Positions 28,403 through 42,460 of a stretch of 64,000 nucleotides of DNA are shown here, in pieces. Position numbers and translations under genes: made by a program. The notes beneath the pieces are model-generated. The model searched no databases. It was not told the DNA's origin and saw nothing but the letters and a program-made list of their open reading frames with translations. Source of the DNA: Guillardia theta CCMP2712. Taxonomy: Eukaryota > Protista > Cryptophyta. Every line of letters starts with the position of its first letter. The stretch's first letter is position 1. The stretch lies in NCBI RefSeq assembly GCF_000315625.1, contig NW_005434640.1:318270-382269 (forward strand). The letters run 5' to 3'.

Positions 28403-30419
28403 ATGCCGTCCTCGTCTGCAGCATGTCTACTGGTTGTGTTGTTGTTCTTGGCGGGCATACATGGCTCGCAGCCTTCGCTCACAAACTCCTCGGCCTGTGA
28501 CAACCATGACGTACAGTCGATGCGGCCGTCTCTTCCCATTTCATGGAACCATACCATGGGGATGTTTTGCATGCCCTACACGTTCCTCAAGAGAATGATC
28601 CTTGCGCAGCGACAACTTTCCGTCAAGGTAAATCTCGTGAGCTCACATCCTTCTCTGCCGTCAAGACGATTCATCCGTGCGCTCCCTATCAAGTTCAACC
28701 ATCTCGCGCGTTTCTGATATCATCTTTTACCTAGCTGATATCACAACATGTTGATAAATTCTCTCTCGCGCTCACACTCCATTGCCAGGGACAGGCTCGC
28801 AAGGCTGTTGAGGCTGCAAACAACCTTGTGAGCCAGACTACTCGCACTCTACCCACTTAATGAGAATTCCAGGCGCTGCTGTTGAGTGTAAACGTCAAGA
28901 TATTCGTGAGAAGCCTCGTCGGTCTTTCTGCTGTCGCCCTGTGAGATCTTCTTTTTCTTCTCTCTTTTCCTCCCCCCCCTCCCTCCCTCCCTCCGCCCCT
29001 CCCTCGTCCTCATGCTTCGTTCAGGAGCCCATGCGAGCCGCACGGCCCCGTCCCCTGCTCGTCAGCATTCCTGGCTCTGCGGGTATGAGGCGAAGACCTG
29101 TTCAGTGTCTCGCTGCTGCCCTTCCTTCACTCGTGCCCTGACGGGATCCTTTGGAAGGATTTCGTTGCTGATCGTGTCAATTTTGCTTGTTCGAGGATCA
29201 GAGCAGAGGTGAGAGGGGAGGAGAGAGAAGGAGGAGGGAGGGCAGGAGAGGGAATCGGAGGAGGGGAATCGGAGGAGAGGCAGAGGGAGGAGGAGGGAGA
29301 GGGGAGGTGATCAGAGGGGTTCTGATACCACGACCTCCTGCAGGCTTCTCATCTTGCAAGTCACGTGATCGCCGTGCTGAGCGACGACTCTTTGATCTCA
29401 AGGTGCGAAATGAAGGAGGGATCGCTACTCCCCCTGCTCTCCTCCCTTCTTCGTCCTCTATCGTTATTCGCCCTCCTTGCTCTCTCCCTTTCCCTTCCCC
29501 CTGCCTCCTTCACTCCATTGCAATGATCTTCTTCGTGTCCGACCCGCTCATCATATTGCCCAGGTCTAAGGCCTTTCTCACATCTCTGGAGAATCGGGAG
29601 ATACAAGTGATTTGACCTGGTCAAATGACGATGTACACTCAACTACTTGGGCAGGACCTGTTGAGAGCTTGCAGGCCTGACGTCCACCTTTCCTACTTCT
29701 CGTCAGTCCAGTTCCTCTCCGCGTGCCCAAGAATAGGTGAAGTCAGCGCGATCGCCTCTCCTGCTGATGTACATCGCCCCAGTGAACCTGTCGGGCATCC
29801 ACGAAATCGCTCCGTGCAAACCTGAGAACCTGACCTTGAAGGGAAGCACCAACGTCTCCTCCTGCTCCTGCCTCGGCTATGCTGGGCTGAGAATGTTTGT
29901 CAAGCTTCTGGTGGAGGTGAATGCTCCCCATCGCTGCCCTCTCTTTGCTCTTCATGCTCCCCTCCCAGCACCTGTCCTTGCCTCTATCCTCCCTCCTGCT
30001 TCGAATCATGGATCCTTTCCTTACACTCCCTCATCCCTCGCTTCTTAATAGATTCTGTCCTTTCATTCCCCCTCTCTCCCCTTCCTCCTTCACCGTTATG
30101 CAGGAGACTCTGGACGTAAAGTTCAGCGTCTTTGAGGACGAGATCGTTTCCGACCAGGTCCGCGCGGCTGCTCATGGCATCGTTGACCAGCAGCTCCCAG
30201 GTGAAGCGCCTGGTGCAGCTCTCGGGCACGGAGACGCAGCATGGACGGGCGGCGATGGCAGCACAGGACTCGCTCTTTCACATCAAGCTGGTGAGATTCC
30301 ATGTGTTTGGAGACGTGCTGGGAATGACCAGGAGGCGCCAGGGGTTCGACAAGTGGGGGAAAATCTACAAGATCTCCTACTCCATCCAGAGCGTCCAGCA
30401 TCCGAAAGCCGTTAGCTAA
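28403..30419 (+). CDS. Hypothetical multi-exon protein, possibly secreted
   Basis: Signal-like MPSSSAACLLVVLLFLAG followed by small exons with GT/AG boundaries. No family recognised. Confidence 0.35.
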
Positions 30420-33400
30420 GCCCATGCTCGACTTACATGTCCGTAGCAATTCAATGTATCAGAGTCACGTGCCTGATCTTGGCGTTGCTATTGAAGATTC
30501 TTAACTCCATGTCTGTGAAACATCGTGTTGACTGACATAGCAACTTGGTTCAGAAGTATGTCTGCAGCACCGGGCCAAGACTTATACCGCCACACATCAT
30601 CCACACGTGGCAGGGAAAAGCTTTATGTCCTAGCGAGCAGCAGTAGCCTGCTCTGCTTGTTGTGTTTCAGTGAACGCAACTCCTGATTGTTCTAGTAATT
30701 TATCTTGTCCTCGAAGTTGTGTGTGCACGAATGTCGAAACCCCGCGGTTTTCGACATTTCCCTTAGACCTAACGTTTCTCGGGCATTCCAGCCGAAACAA
30801 TAATTACCTTCCTAAAACTTGTCTGCTTGTGATTTGTGTTTCAGCAAAATGGCTTAGAGCAGACATAGAATCAAAAGCTCGCAGAAGATTCTTCCGTCTG
30901 GAATAATCTGACAAGAAGGAAAGCATTGATAATCCCTGTACTTTTCAAGGATTACTTTCAGCAGGTTTTGGAACTCAACAAATTCCATGCGTTGAATTTC
31001 GAGATCGTACTTTCCGCATTCATCAGCCCTTGAGCCATCATGCAAGCATTGTTCACAGAAATATTTGTTCCTGTGCTGTTTGACGACCAGCAGGGCTCAA
31101 ACGATTCGGAATCAGGCTGGAAAGGTGACAGGGGCGAAGGATGGTGGGGGAGGATGTATCAGGTGGAGAAGTCGGTAGCTCCAGAAGCCAAGAGCATACA
31201 CCGTTGACTGGAAGCACCTTGCTTTCTTTCCAAGGACGTATGATCTCGTTGCTGTGCAGCACGGCACGGAACTGCAAGTGCTTTTAGATTTGAACGAGCT
31301 GGTGATTGCAATACACTCGAGAGTGGACAAAGGAGGCAACTTCATCGTACACGAGGTACTGCATCGAGGCACTGCTGCCCTTGGGACGATGACTTGAGAT
31401 TTAGGGATCTGATCACCTGCTCAAGCAGCAATTGCAGTTGAGTCAAGATCACTGTTCAAGAGAAGTGTTGAACCGCTGAGACTCTGAGTCACAAGCCTGA
31501 CTGGGTGAGGCTCACGGCCGCCCGGCCCGCTCCCGCCGGCCCGGATGATACTATGATATCGCCGTGGGGACGATTCAATGATTTGCTTGGAAACTTCCGG
31601 GCCTACTACCTCGGAGTCGTGACGGTCACGGCGGCCGGCCGCCGTGACCGTCAGATACCGGTGGGATATAGTACCGTACAGTAGACTTCTTTACTCAAAG
31701 TTAAGTTAAAATCAGTACGAGGACAATCAGGAGAGTCGAGGACCGTACTCGGGCCCGGGGTCGGAGACTCCGAGTGAGGGTGTAATATGCTGGTTACGTT
31801 GAAGGTCAGACAATGTGCTGAAGTTTGATCTGAAAATTTAAAATTAGACAGTGGCTTTTAGAGGTTGCAACATGTTAGCTTTGATGATGCCTTCTGGAAC
31901 ACTAGGCTGCAGGTAATCAACTTTCAAGTAGGTGAGCTTTCAGTTGAAGAGAATGGCCTGTAGTAAAATGCCTCTATTCTGTTAACTTGAGTTCGAACGT
32001 CGCAAATACGCAACGATTGGATTTTAATTTTGCACATCTTGCATGTGAACATGTTGACATATAAACGAGCCCTGCCACTGTCAACTTTCCGGCAAGAACT
32101 GATCAGTTTTGAAAACGACACCCCAAATTTGCAAGGCTGAATTGGTCGACGTCAACGTCTTTGAAATCACATTGTGTTTGACATTTCAGTTCAATTGAAC
32201 TGTTCTCGTTCCGAGTCTGCTCGCTTTGACTTTCAAAGTTTATACAGAGACTTCAGGACAACACGCCACTATTTCCATACCTTCCAGGCTAACCGAAATA
32301 TTTTCCAAATACAGTCCATGTATTTGAATTTGTTTTTCAATACCATGCCTGAAAAACTGGAAATCCCCCATTATTACTTTCAAATTATTATTGGGTTCTC
32401 CCCCCCAGCTAGTCCTGATCCCCTAATAAGACAGCATCTCTGCAGCACCCCTCCTGGTCACATCATTTTTGCCCTCCTACGTATCATTTCCCGTTTCATC
32501 ACCCTACCCCTGCTCCCCTGCACAACCTGCTGGCAATACGGCAAGTCCGTACCCACCCCCTCCCACCGGTGCTTTTGTGAAATCTTATGTTTTTGTGAGC
32601 TTTAAAAAGAATATTTATATTTAAAATACACTTCTTTAGTAGATCCCGGCAGCTGGTGATCTCACCCTACCCCCTACACTACCACCCACCATATCGGTCT
32701 AGAGCACTCAACAGATACCCAAGTTCCTCCCCAGTACCCGTACTTTTGTACTTTTTAACTCCTAGGCAGGTAGGGTACAAAACCCTTTCTTGTACCCACT
32801 ACCTGCCCTCTTCGGACCACCCACACCCTGATTGGCGGATCCTCCTACCCTCAATGTCCAGCTAGCACATGCTTCGATCACCGGTACTTCTTCTCTAATT
32901 TTGCTAGTATTCAGGGGGTACCTTAACAACTTATTCACCCACCCCCCTTTCAAGACCTGACCGTGACAAGCTACCCAACCCCAGCCACCTCTGAATAAAC
33001 CCACCCCATAAGACCAGTGTTTTTGATGGAATCAGTACGGGTACTATCACGTTATTGTTTTTGTAACCCCCTTGTTCCCAATCGTTTTCTACCCCTACCC
33101 CCTTCTCTAGAACGCACACTCTCTACCTTACCGGACTGCTCTCCACACGCCCAGCACCCTTGACCCACCCTTGGTACCCTTCCTCAACCTCGGGCCCCGT
33201 CCTCGCGTGTCCCCCGATCTCCCTCCCCACGTCCATTCTTCTCAAGCTCGCCCTTCTTCCTCTCGTTTCTTTCCTCCTTGTTCTTCTCGTTCGATGAATC
33301 TTTACTCGTCAGTGTGTGATCACTGGCCGACTTGCGCCGCGATATGCCTGCCTGTTTCCTATCAAGTCTTGCTCTGCCCTTCCTCGACTCATCACACATC

Positions 33401-33803
33401 CCCTTCTATTCGCTTTCGTTCCATTCTGTCAAATTTCTGCCCTGCTCTGCTCTGCTCTATTCGACATCAAACCTTACCATTTCTCGCTTCTCTCACCTCC
33501 TCTTGATTTTGCTCCTTTCCTGCTTATCAAACTGTCGCAGCACTTTTCATTATCGTTTGTGGTTTTACCCACTTTCTAGTTTTGTCTTTCCTTCTGCTCA
33601 CTCGTTGGGATTTCCTTTTCTCCATCAACTTTCTTGCCCTTCATTTGCAGGACGTGAATTCCATTTGTGTGAAGACCCTCATTGTTTCTGTCTTGAGAGT
33701 CGAGTAGAGGGAGAAAGCTTTCGTGCGACATCTTCATCAGGTTCTGATCCTGCTGTCCAGGTTGGATATCAAGTCATTGAATCGCTGAGCAAGGAAGATC
33801 AAG

Positions 33804-35356
33804 ATGTGTGACAGCGATGATGGCTGTCTGCTGCAAACCTTGGGGCATCGCGACAAGCACATGAAGCCATCAGCTCCTCTCCGACGACCCTGGACTCCAG
33901 AAGAGGACGCGAAGCTCAAAGCGCTTGTCTCTAGGCTGGGAAACTGGGACTGGTGCATGATATCAAGCGTGATGGAGGGCAGATCAGGGAAGCAGTGCCG
34001 CGAGCGGTACAAGAATCACGTCAGCGAGAAGATCAACAAGGGGCCATGGACAAAAGAAGAGGATAAAATCATCATGGAAGCCCAAGCAAGGTCAGGATCT
34101 TCTATACCTCAGCTCCCCCTCACTTGCTGTGCGCAGATTGGGAAATAAATGGACGGCAATTGCGAAATTGCTCCCTGGAAGAACAGACAACTCGATCAAG
34201 AACCGATGGAATTCAGCCCTGTCTTTGACTGCCGTGTCTAAGAAGGAAGTCACTGTCAAGAGGAGCAAACGTGATGCAGAGCAAATCAATGAGCGGGCAG
34301 ATAAAAAGGCCATTGAGAACAAGCAGCGGGAAGCAGATCTAAGGCGTGCCGCAGTGGACAAGAGGTAATGAGACAGCTAGGATGTCCTGTTGATATCCTG
34401 ACCTTACACAACAGGCTTGCTGCGGTAGTCACTGATTTTCTGCACACTCCTCTCTTCGTAGAGTCGCACACACATCATTTCCTCGTTCTCCACAGGCTGC
34501 TTTCAGGTTATGAACCCTCGGAGATGAAGCGTCGAACAGGGCAAAAAATCACAAGCAAAAGAAGGAATGAAACACCCAAGAGAGCATACAAGGACTTCGA
34601 GCTGGCAGATGATGACTGCGACAAGGTCTGTGATGACAGCTCAGCCTCAGAAAGTTCCTCTGTTGATCCGACTTCTCCAACCACATCAACGAACAACGAG
34701 TTCCAGTTGCTTCCAGTCATTGTCAAGAAAGAGCCTGGCGATACAGATAGGGAAGAAGCTTCAATCCTTGCCAGGCAACGACAAAAGCCCTGCAAGAGGC
34801 CGAGATTGATGACTCCTTATGTCAACATGGATTTTTCGCTCCGAGACTGCCTGGCTCAGACCAAGGTCCAGGTACGGGAAATGATCTCACTGTCCCGTTG
34901 TGTCGGCTGACATTGGGAACTTTTCAGAAACAAGGTCGCAAGACGAACCAGCGAGTGCAGAAGAAGAATGATAGAAAGTTCAGGGCGCCGAAGTCAATGC
35001 CCTCAACAGACTCACCAAGTGAACAGGCTGATAGTGAGGACGGGTTGCCAGAGATTGTGTTTGAGAAAGACACGCCTTTTCAGACGAGCTCCCCTGAGCT
35101 TCAGTTTAAGCAAGACTTTGAAGATCCTTTCGCGAATGTCGACGACAACACCTTTTGCATGAGGCTTTTCGAAGATGACGCTATTTGCGAGTATCAAAAC
35201 CACAAGACATTGCAGCTACTTGGGAAGCCTTCCCAGATGGACTTGTCCAAGCTCTACTGCCGCGAGCTCCCGAACCTCGACGAGCATGTGATCTCAGAAA
35301 GTCCGCAGGAGGTTTCTTACCTCAGGATGATCAGTGATGAACTTGCTAACATATAA
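33804..35356 (+). CDS. R2R3-type MYB transcription factor
   Basis: [14 protein letters not shown]...[11 protein letters not shown] and [38 protein letters not shown]. Intron 34091-34136 joins them. Confidence 0.92.
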
Positions 35357-35445
35357 GCATCTTCCATCTGATGTTGTAATAACGTGTATTAAAAGTAATA
35401 GGCTTTAAGTTGGACTTTGGATTGTTGAGGGAGAAATGATGAGAA

Positions 35446-36660
35446 TCAGATGTGAAGAAGGTTGCCGAAGGGTGACTCGAGCAAAGAAGCGACAAATGAG
35501 CTCCCAGCTACCCTTCCTCTGCCTTCGATGTCTGCATTTTTGAAGACGTCATGGAACCTGTACTTCCATTCAGCAAACTTGACGTGCATCTCGTTCTTGA
35601 TGCTCCTTCGAACGCTTTCCTTGATCGTTGTCTTGATCTTGCCTTCAGTTGCAGACCAAAACTCGGGCCATGAGATGTGACTGCCTGCGTAGTCAATGGC
35701 AGCAACAGTCTTGATAACATAGTCATCCAAGGAAGAGAGAATATGCACGAGTTGCTGCACTTCCATCTTCTCCTGTTCATCTCCGTACAGATGAAAGATC
35801 CTCATGATCTGCGTCTTGGTCTGCGAGTACAAGTCTCGACAGCGACCTTCAAACACTGCTTTCATCTCCGGCTTGATTTCTCTCCTCACAGATCGCTCGA
35901 TCTTTGCCCACCAATCCTCCCACTCGATGACGGTCTGAGAGTCCGGAACCAGGAGCTGTTGGAACTCCTCGCTCCGGATGAAGTATTGACCCAGCATGCG
36001 ATCGAGCATCTTCATTGCAGAGTCCGAGGAGGCTGACTCAGACTCGTCGCCGCTACTCTCCCAGCAGTTGTCATTCATCTGCAGCCCTAGGCTCTGGTCT
36101 AGATGATTCACGTGAGGAGGAGAAGATTCGGTCTGAGCTGCGGGGATTCCATTGGTGGGAAGCTTGCTCGGATTCTGAACTGTCGAGTGCAAACTAGCGG
36201 TGGAATCAGCTTCGTTGGTTTGTGCCTGAGATCGCTGCAGCATCACTTCGTTGGAGAGCGAAGTTGCTTCGTAGAAGAAAAATGACGATCTCTTGGCGAC
36301 GGGCTTGGTATCAGCCTCGGGCAGCATGTCAAGTCTGCGATGTCCGGGTACGGTGCGATGCGAATACTCCGACATCGTCCTGCTCGGTCCTCGAGAATGG
36401 TTCTGCAAGGATTCCGATGACTGAAGTCCGTATGCGTAGCTCAGGTATGGAGACGAGTAGGGGGTGTCAGCCGGCTCATGGCTGTACCTCTGCAAGGAAT
36501 TTCTCTTTGATTTCACAGTCAACATCATCATGAGCAACTAACACTCTCCTGCTCACCTGCATGCTGTTCACCTTGTCGGCATAGCGGCCTTCGTCCTGAG
36601 GAGAGTACTCGGACAGGAGTCTCTCTACCCTCCAGTCTTCCATCTCAAGTGCCTGCAGCA
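35446..36660 (-). CDS. Hypothetical protein with degenerate EF-hand-like motifs (further 5' exons likely up to ~37200)
   Basis: 363-aa ORF with internally repeated IEWEDWW/ISWPEFW and FHDVFKNADIEGRGRV. Confidence 0.5.
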
Positions 36661-38017
36661 GAACATTTCAGATCACTTGGTTGTACAAACAAACATCACA
36701 CTCCTCCACCTGCAAGGATTCTTCCAGAATGCGCAAGCGGGTGCTGCTAACCAATCCATCGCTGGCATGTTGTCGATGGACAGCTGGGGGGAGGCGAGCG
36801 GTAAGTGGTGGAAAGCGATCAAGACTGCGCTCAGGAGGAGGCACACGATCGAGTGGCAGCATGATCCAAGTGTTTCCAAGAGAAATAATGCGCTGAGACT
36901 GATTTCTGGATGTCCACTTATGTCGGATTCTGTTTTCTTTGCGACGTTGCTGAGATGTTGTTCAACCTTCCACGAGATATTGGCAAGCGAACCTGCAGGC
37001 ACAAAGGTCCTGACTTAAGAGATATGCTCTACTTTGATTAGCTCCCTCCTTATTTCATATCCTACTTCCGCATCCTCTGCTCTCCTCGTGAGTCTCTTCT
37101 CCCTTCCTCTTCTCCCCGTCCTGCCATCTCCACGTTTTTCCAACCCGATTTCTCCAGGCTGGATGGAGGCTAGTAGGCCCGCGATCTGCCCAGCCCCCAA
37201 CCCCCCTCGTGAAGACATTTGATCCTACCCTACCCTATTTCATACCGTAATGCAACCTCAAAAATGATATGATTTTGACCCGTCCCATCACTACCCCACC
37301 CCCAGAGAAGGCTGCCAATGAATGCCCGACAATGAAACCGGCGGATGAGCAGCTTTTTAACATTAATTCTGACAAAATAACGTTACCGGCGTCCGGGCGC
37401 GCGCCGAGTGTCTGAGTGGCCGCTGATGACTCGGATCGTGCCCGTGCCCGGCGTGGGGCCCCCGCGCCCGCCGACCGGGCCCGGGCCCCGGGCCCGGGGG
37501 GATCGGACCGGGAGACTCTCGTCACGGGACACTGGTCCCACTGGTATCTTGATAGCTAGTCAAACTGAGAGAAGAGTCGGAGAGGAACGACTGTCCAAGG
37601 ACCGTGAGAGGATGTTCGCTCTCTTCCGACGAGCGCAGGTACTAGCGTTGAAGGCTTAAGTTTGATCGGACAAGTGCTGCTCGATGACTTGCCAGTGTCA
37701 CTTCAGATGTTGGACGACTGGGTGCCCGCTGGTGACAACTGCGATCAACCAGACGAGCGGGAGCATGGGGGGCGCCTCGAGGTGCCAGGCTTCACTGACT
37801 TGCCGCTGCCTATCAACCTGACTCGGATGCTCGCAGAGCCTGGGAGTGAACGTGGACGGATGGTGGGGACCAACCAACTACTGGTTCGATGCTTGCCTCA
37901 ACAACCGCCCTGGGGACGCGCCCCTGGATGTGGATGCGACTCCTCCAGTAGCATCGAGTTGAATGTCGTCGAGCAGACTCAGTGAGATCGAGTGACAGGA
38001 GGCTCGTAAGGAGTATG

Positions 38018-41000
38018 TTACATCAATCGTAAAGTAGAGGTGCTCGCAGAGTATCCGGGCTCCCCTTCCTTGCCCTTGAGCTTGAACTCGCTTTCGAGGC
38101 TCTTGGATTGCTGCCGTCGTTGTCCACGTGCTCTAAGAGCTGCAAGACACGGGTTGATCAGCTCGATGTCGCTCATGCCATCTGTTACCCTTCTTAGCTG
38201 ACGTTGGAGCAGATCAGGGAGATGGTGTATCATCATTCTTGTGGAGATGACGATCTCCTGTTAGAAATGTCGCAAGTCAGTCCTGGTGCCCGCAAGTCCA
38301 AGATGTCTCTGCCTCCATCTCCGTATGATGCATCCTTCTCAGCATCGGCATCGAGTGGCTCTTGTCCGTCTCGAAGAGGAACGCGCGGCCTGGGAGCCTG
38401 CGGTGCCAGTCAGGGGAGGAGGAGAGAGTCGTCGAGACGAATGCTCTTCGTCCTGACCTGAGCGCGGGCTGTATCGGCCCGCATGCGAAGATCTCGTGCT
38501 TGCTCTTGAGGGCATCATGACCCTCCCTTGGAGAAGGTCAGCGACATAGGGTAGGTAGGTTGTCCAAGGTTCGCCACCTTGATGAAGGATCGTAGAAAAA
38601 GTAGGACAGCAGGGAGGGGTTGACGCCTGACACCCACCGCCATGGCCCCAAGAACCACAAAACCTTGGTTGGCTGTCAGGCAAGCTTGCACAGAGGTCCT
38701 TCAGGTCGGTAACCTGCCACTTGGGTCGTCTGCAGAGGATCAGCAGCTCCAGCGCCCTGGTGCGTAACAGCTGCAGGCTCCGCAGAGACATTCGAGAGAT
38801 CATGTCCTCGCCAACTGCGATCTTCGTGGCGCTCAGGGCGAGCGAAGGGGCGAAAGGAGGAGCTACCGTCGTGATGAAGGGCTCGCAGCTCTCTGCGGCG
38901 GACCGGGAGAGCACAGGAGGGCAGGAGAGAGCGAAGCACTCCATGTCTTGATACACTGGGAGCTCCTCGGACCGGAGCATCAGAGACAGGATGCTCGCAA
39001 CCCCTGCTCCAAGCGAGTGCCCAACAACAACCTGCGACGTCTTCTAGTCACGAGCTGCCTCACAGCGCTAGTCAGAGTCTATCACCAGCCGGAAACCGCG
39101 GCAGGAGGGGATCTCGATCCCGCTCTTGACGAGTTCATGTGAAACGTGGTCTTCGGAGAGGAGGAGGGGGAGGAAGTTGGAGTCATGCAGGAGGTTCCTG
39201 AGCCTCTCCGCCGCCTGCACCATCCCAGCATGGCCGTAGGGCCCGTTCGACTCGAACTCAACCTGCTCATCAGCCAGCTCTTCCCCACCTCGATGCTCGG
39301 CCCCCAACCTGAGAACTCCTTGCACAAACTCTCTGACTCGGGCAGGCAGGAGGCAGCAGTGTGCTGTGCCATCGGTCAGCGTGTCGGAGATGGAAAAGGT
39401 TCCTCTGATCGCAAGGACCACCGACTTGAGCGTCCTGCAACCACTCAGTCACTCAGGGTACAACACGCGAGACACTGACAAGTCTGCCACAAGGAAGAAG
39501 GCAGGACTGAAGGCATCGGCCGGCGCCTCAAGAATGATGTGGTAGTCTCTTTCCTGTGCCTCCCGCTCCAGAGCTTTCTTGTCCACCCATCCATCCCCAG
39601 ATGACCTCGACAAGCACGTGCAGCACAGAATGTTCTGAAGGATCCAGCAGAACCCATCGCAGCAGTTTGAGCAGCATCGCCATACTTGAAGCATCATTCC
39701 ATAACATGCGATCGCATACGGGATGTACAGCTCCGCTCTCCTCAAGATCTCTATCGCTGTCTCATGCCTACCAGCATCCACATCCTCGCTCTGCCTGCTT
39801 GGCGGCTCTCGTGATGATGGCTGAATCGCTTCAGGAAGCTCTGCTGGGGACCTCGACATGTCAGGGGCAGAGACTGTCGCCGATGGCTCGTTGGATCCTT
39901 GACTTTGCGAGTCGCCTGCCGACGAGTTTGACCCGAGCGCGATGCTGCTGACAGTCGCAGTCATGAGAGCGGAAAGGAAACCGGGGGAGTCGAAGGAATG
40001 CAGACTTATATCTCCGGCATTCGCTGAGTGATGCTCCTCCACTTCTCCATCGACCGAATCTCCTCCAGTGATCCCCTCAGTTTCTGCTCCTGCCTGCGAT
40101 GAAAAACTATCCTCACTTACACCCTCCTCGATCTTCGAACGGTTGTCAACGTCTTCATGGTGATCGAGCAGGGTCGCTGGGCCTACGTGTTTGTTGTTCT
40201 CATCCTTGTGCGCGCTGCTCTCTGTCCTCTCGAACTGACCGTAGATGTCGTCGAGACATGAAGTATCGCTCACTGTTGACCACAAGTTGAGAAGCAGCAG
40301 CGCGGCGAAGATGTCGGAAGGCACCAAGTCCAATCCAGCGAACCAGGACGAGAGCGACTTGACGAGAGACCGGAGGGCGATCTCACGATCGTCTTCCCTC
40401 GGCATCAGGCAACAGAGAAAGTTGCACCTCCTCTCCCAGTGCCTGATGAAAGCAGAAGCATCAGCGGCGAGGAGTGAGAGAAAGTGCTACCTGTGCAGCT
40501 TGTCGATGTCAGCCACATCGACATGGCCAGAAAGATCGAAGGCGAACAAGACGCCAGCACACATCCATCCTATGGTGGCTATCGATATCCAGACTATCAT
40601 GCGCAAGAATGCTTCTCCCTCACGCTCATGCTCCGGCGAGTCGCCCTTGCACTCCAAACTTGGGGACAGGAAGACGATCGCGGCCCATGCCGTCCAGGCA
40701 GCTTCGAGGAGCGAGACGAGGACATGCACGAGCACGAGAGTGCTGACGGGCCTTCTCGATCGCTCTTCCATGATCCTGCCCTTGGAGGAGGAGATAGCGA
40801 TGAGAGCCTCGAGGAAGCATGTCGCGCCCATGAGGAGGATGATGCCGTACACGTAGAGATCGATGCATCGCTCCACAAAGACGGCAGGGCACCAGTCTGA
40901 GGAGCACGAGATGTCCCCTGACAGGGTGTAGTGGAAAGCTATCAGGGTGCCGAGCAAACAGGCGCGGAGGAAGGAACCAATGGCTGCTGGGAGAACGAGA

Positions 41001-41050
41001 TCGTCGCTCCCGACAAGCCATGCCCGACCAAGTAGCCTCAAGGCAGGCAT
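38018..41050 (-). CDS. DAGL: sn-1-specific diacylglycerol lipase (DAGL-like, lipase class 3 with N-terminal TM helices)
   Basis: MPALRLLGRAWLVGSDDLVLP matches the DAGL N-terminus. Also SSSKGRIME, VLAIRGTFSISDTLTD, GHAGMVQAA, nucleophile motif GHSLGAG (~39005-39025) and CFALSCPP. Confidence 0.85.
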
Positions 41051-41543
41051 GCATGCATCAACGTCGTCCTGAGCACAAGTCTGCGCAAGTTTTGCACACG
41101 GGTCTGATCTCCTGCTCAATCTCTCAGCGAGTGAACTTGAACAGTCCTAGGCCGCTCGCTACCTTCTACACTGCCTCTGCCTCTCCTCCTCTCCTCCTCT
41201 CTCCTCCTCTCCTTCCCTCTCCTTCCCTCTCCTTCCCTCTCCTTCCCTCTCTCCTCTCCCCACAACACTCCACTCCATCTCCCCGCTCACCTTCATTCCA
41301 ATCTACACCCTCAGGGTTTTCGGTCCTCAACGTACTGGTAACGGTTTGGTAGCTGTGGCGGAGTGGAATGGAGAAGAACGAGAGGAGAGAAGGAGAGGCA
41401 GAGAGGTTGGAGGAGAGAGGAGAGGAGGAAGGAGAGGAGGAGAGCATGAGATAGTATGGAGGACTGACAGGAGGAGGGCGCTCAAACATTCCTTTTGCTG
41501 TCTATTCTCGCAACCACGAGGGAGCATAGATCCAGTCCGCCTC

Positions 41544-42460
41544 ATGATGCCGCATCGCAAGGGTGCCGAGGACTCGCTCGAGGACTCGCTGGATGCAGAC
41601 ATGGCTGAGTATGTTCACAATCGGAGCATCTCGGTCGATTGGAAGGAGCGTTACGAGTCGATCAGACATGACATGGCGGACGACGCGGACTCGCGGACTG
41701 GCAGCAATCTGAAAGCTCTGGAGCGCATGTACTCCAGCAGCAAGAACGGCCCGAGAAAGAGGCCAGCAGTCCGACCATGGGTCCTCGGCAGCACTCGAGG
41801 ATCAGACTCGAGGAACGACGAGGAGTCGCCAGGTGGGGAGGACGTGGACGAGCACGAGATGCGGATCAGGATGGCGACGATCAAAGGGACTCTGTCGAAG
41901 CTGGAGGAAGAAGTTTCCAAGTTGGAAGCGAGGAAGCGGGAGAGACACGATGCGGCACTGAGGATGTTCGAGATCATCGCCAGGAAGCGGGAGGTCGCCA
42001 TGAAATCCATTGCCGAGGCGAGGCAGCGCGTGGAGGAGGTGAAGGCCCTGCTGAACGCGAAGCACGAGACGAGCGAGTATCTCAAGGCTGGGATAGAGAA
42101 GGTACTGTGATCGCGTGCTGAGTGAGAGAAGTGACTTGCGCTCGCTCACAGCTCAGGTTGGTCAACGTCAAGAACCACCAGGAGCTGACCGAGCTTTGGG
42201 AGACAGTGTCCAACTACCAGCTCAAGTACGAGGTTCAGCAGGAGAACACGTACAGGTCCAAGGACCTGCTGATGCTCGTCAGGAAGATGAGGATTTCAAA
42301 GTTTCACAACCGGCTACAGGCTGTCAAGGACGCTGCGCTGAGCTCGATCGTGCGGGTGCTCGAGCTGCCCTTCTGGATGCGCCTCATTCTCTGTGTGATC
42401 TGGGCGATCCTACTCAACATTATCTGGGCCAAGGGCCGGAGGGTGGGAGCAGAGCGATAG
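41544..42460 (+). CDS. Coiled-coil protein with C-terminal transmembrane helix (tail-anchored), 2 exons
   Basis: Heptad-rich exon, intron ~42102-42151, and terminal FWMRLILCVIWAILLNIIW. Confidence 0.6.

Noticed and set aside
30550-31400. Possible minus-strand multi-exon gene
   Set aside because: Short ORFs with some splice-like sites, but no consistent exon chain or recognisable domain could be built.
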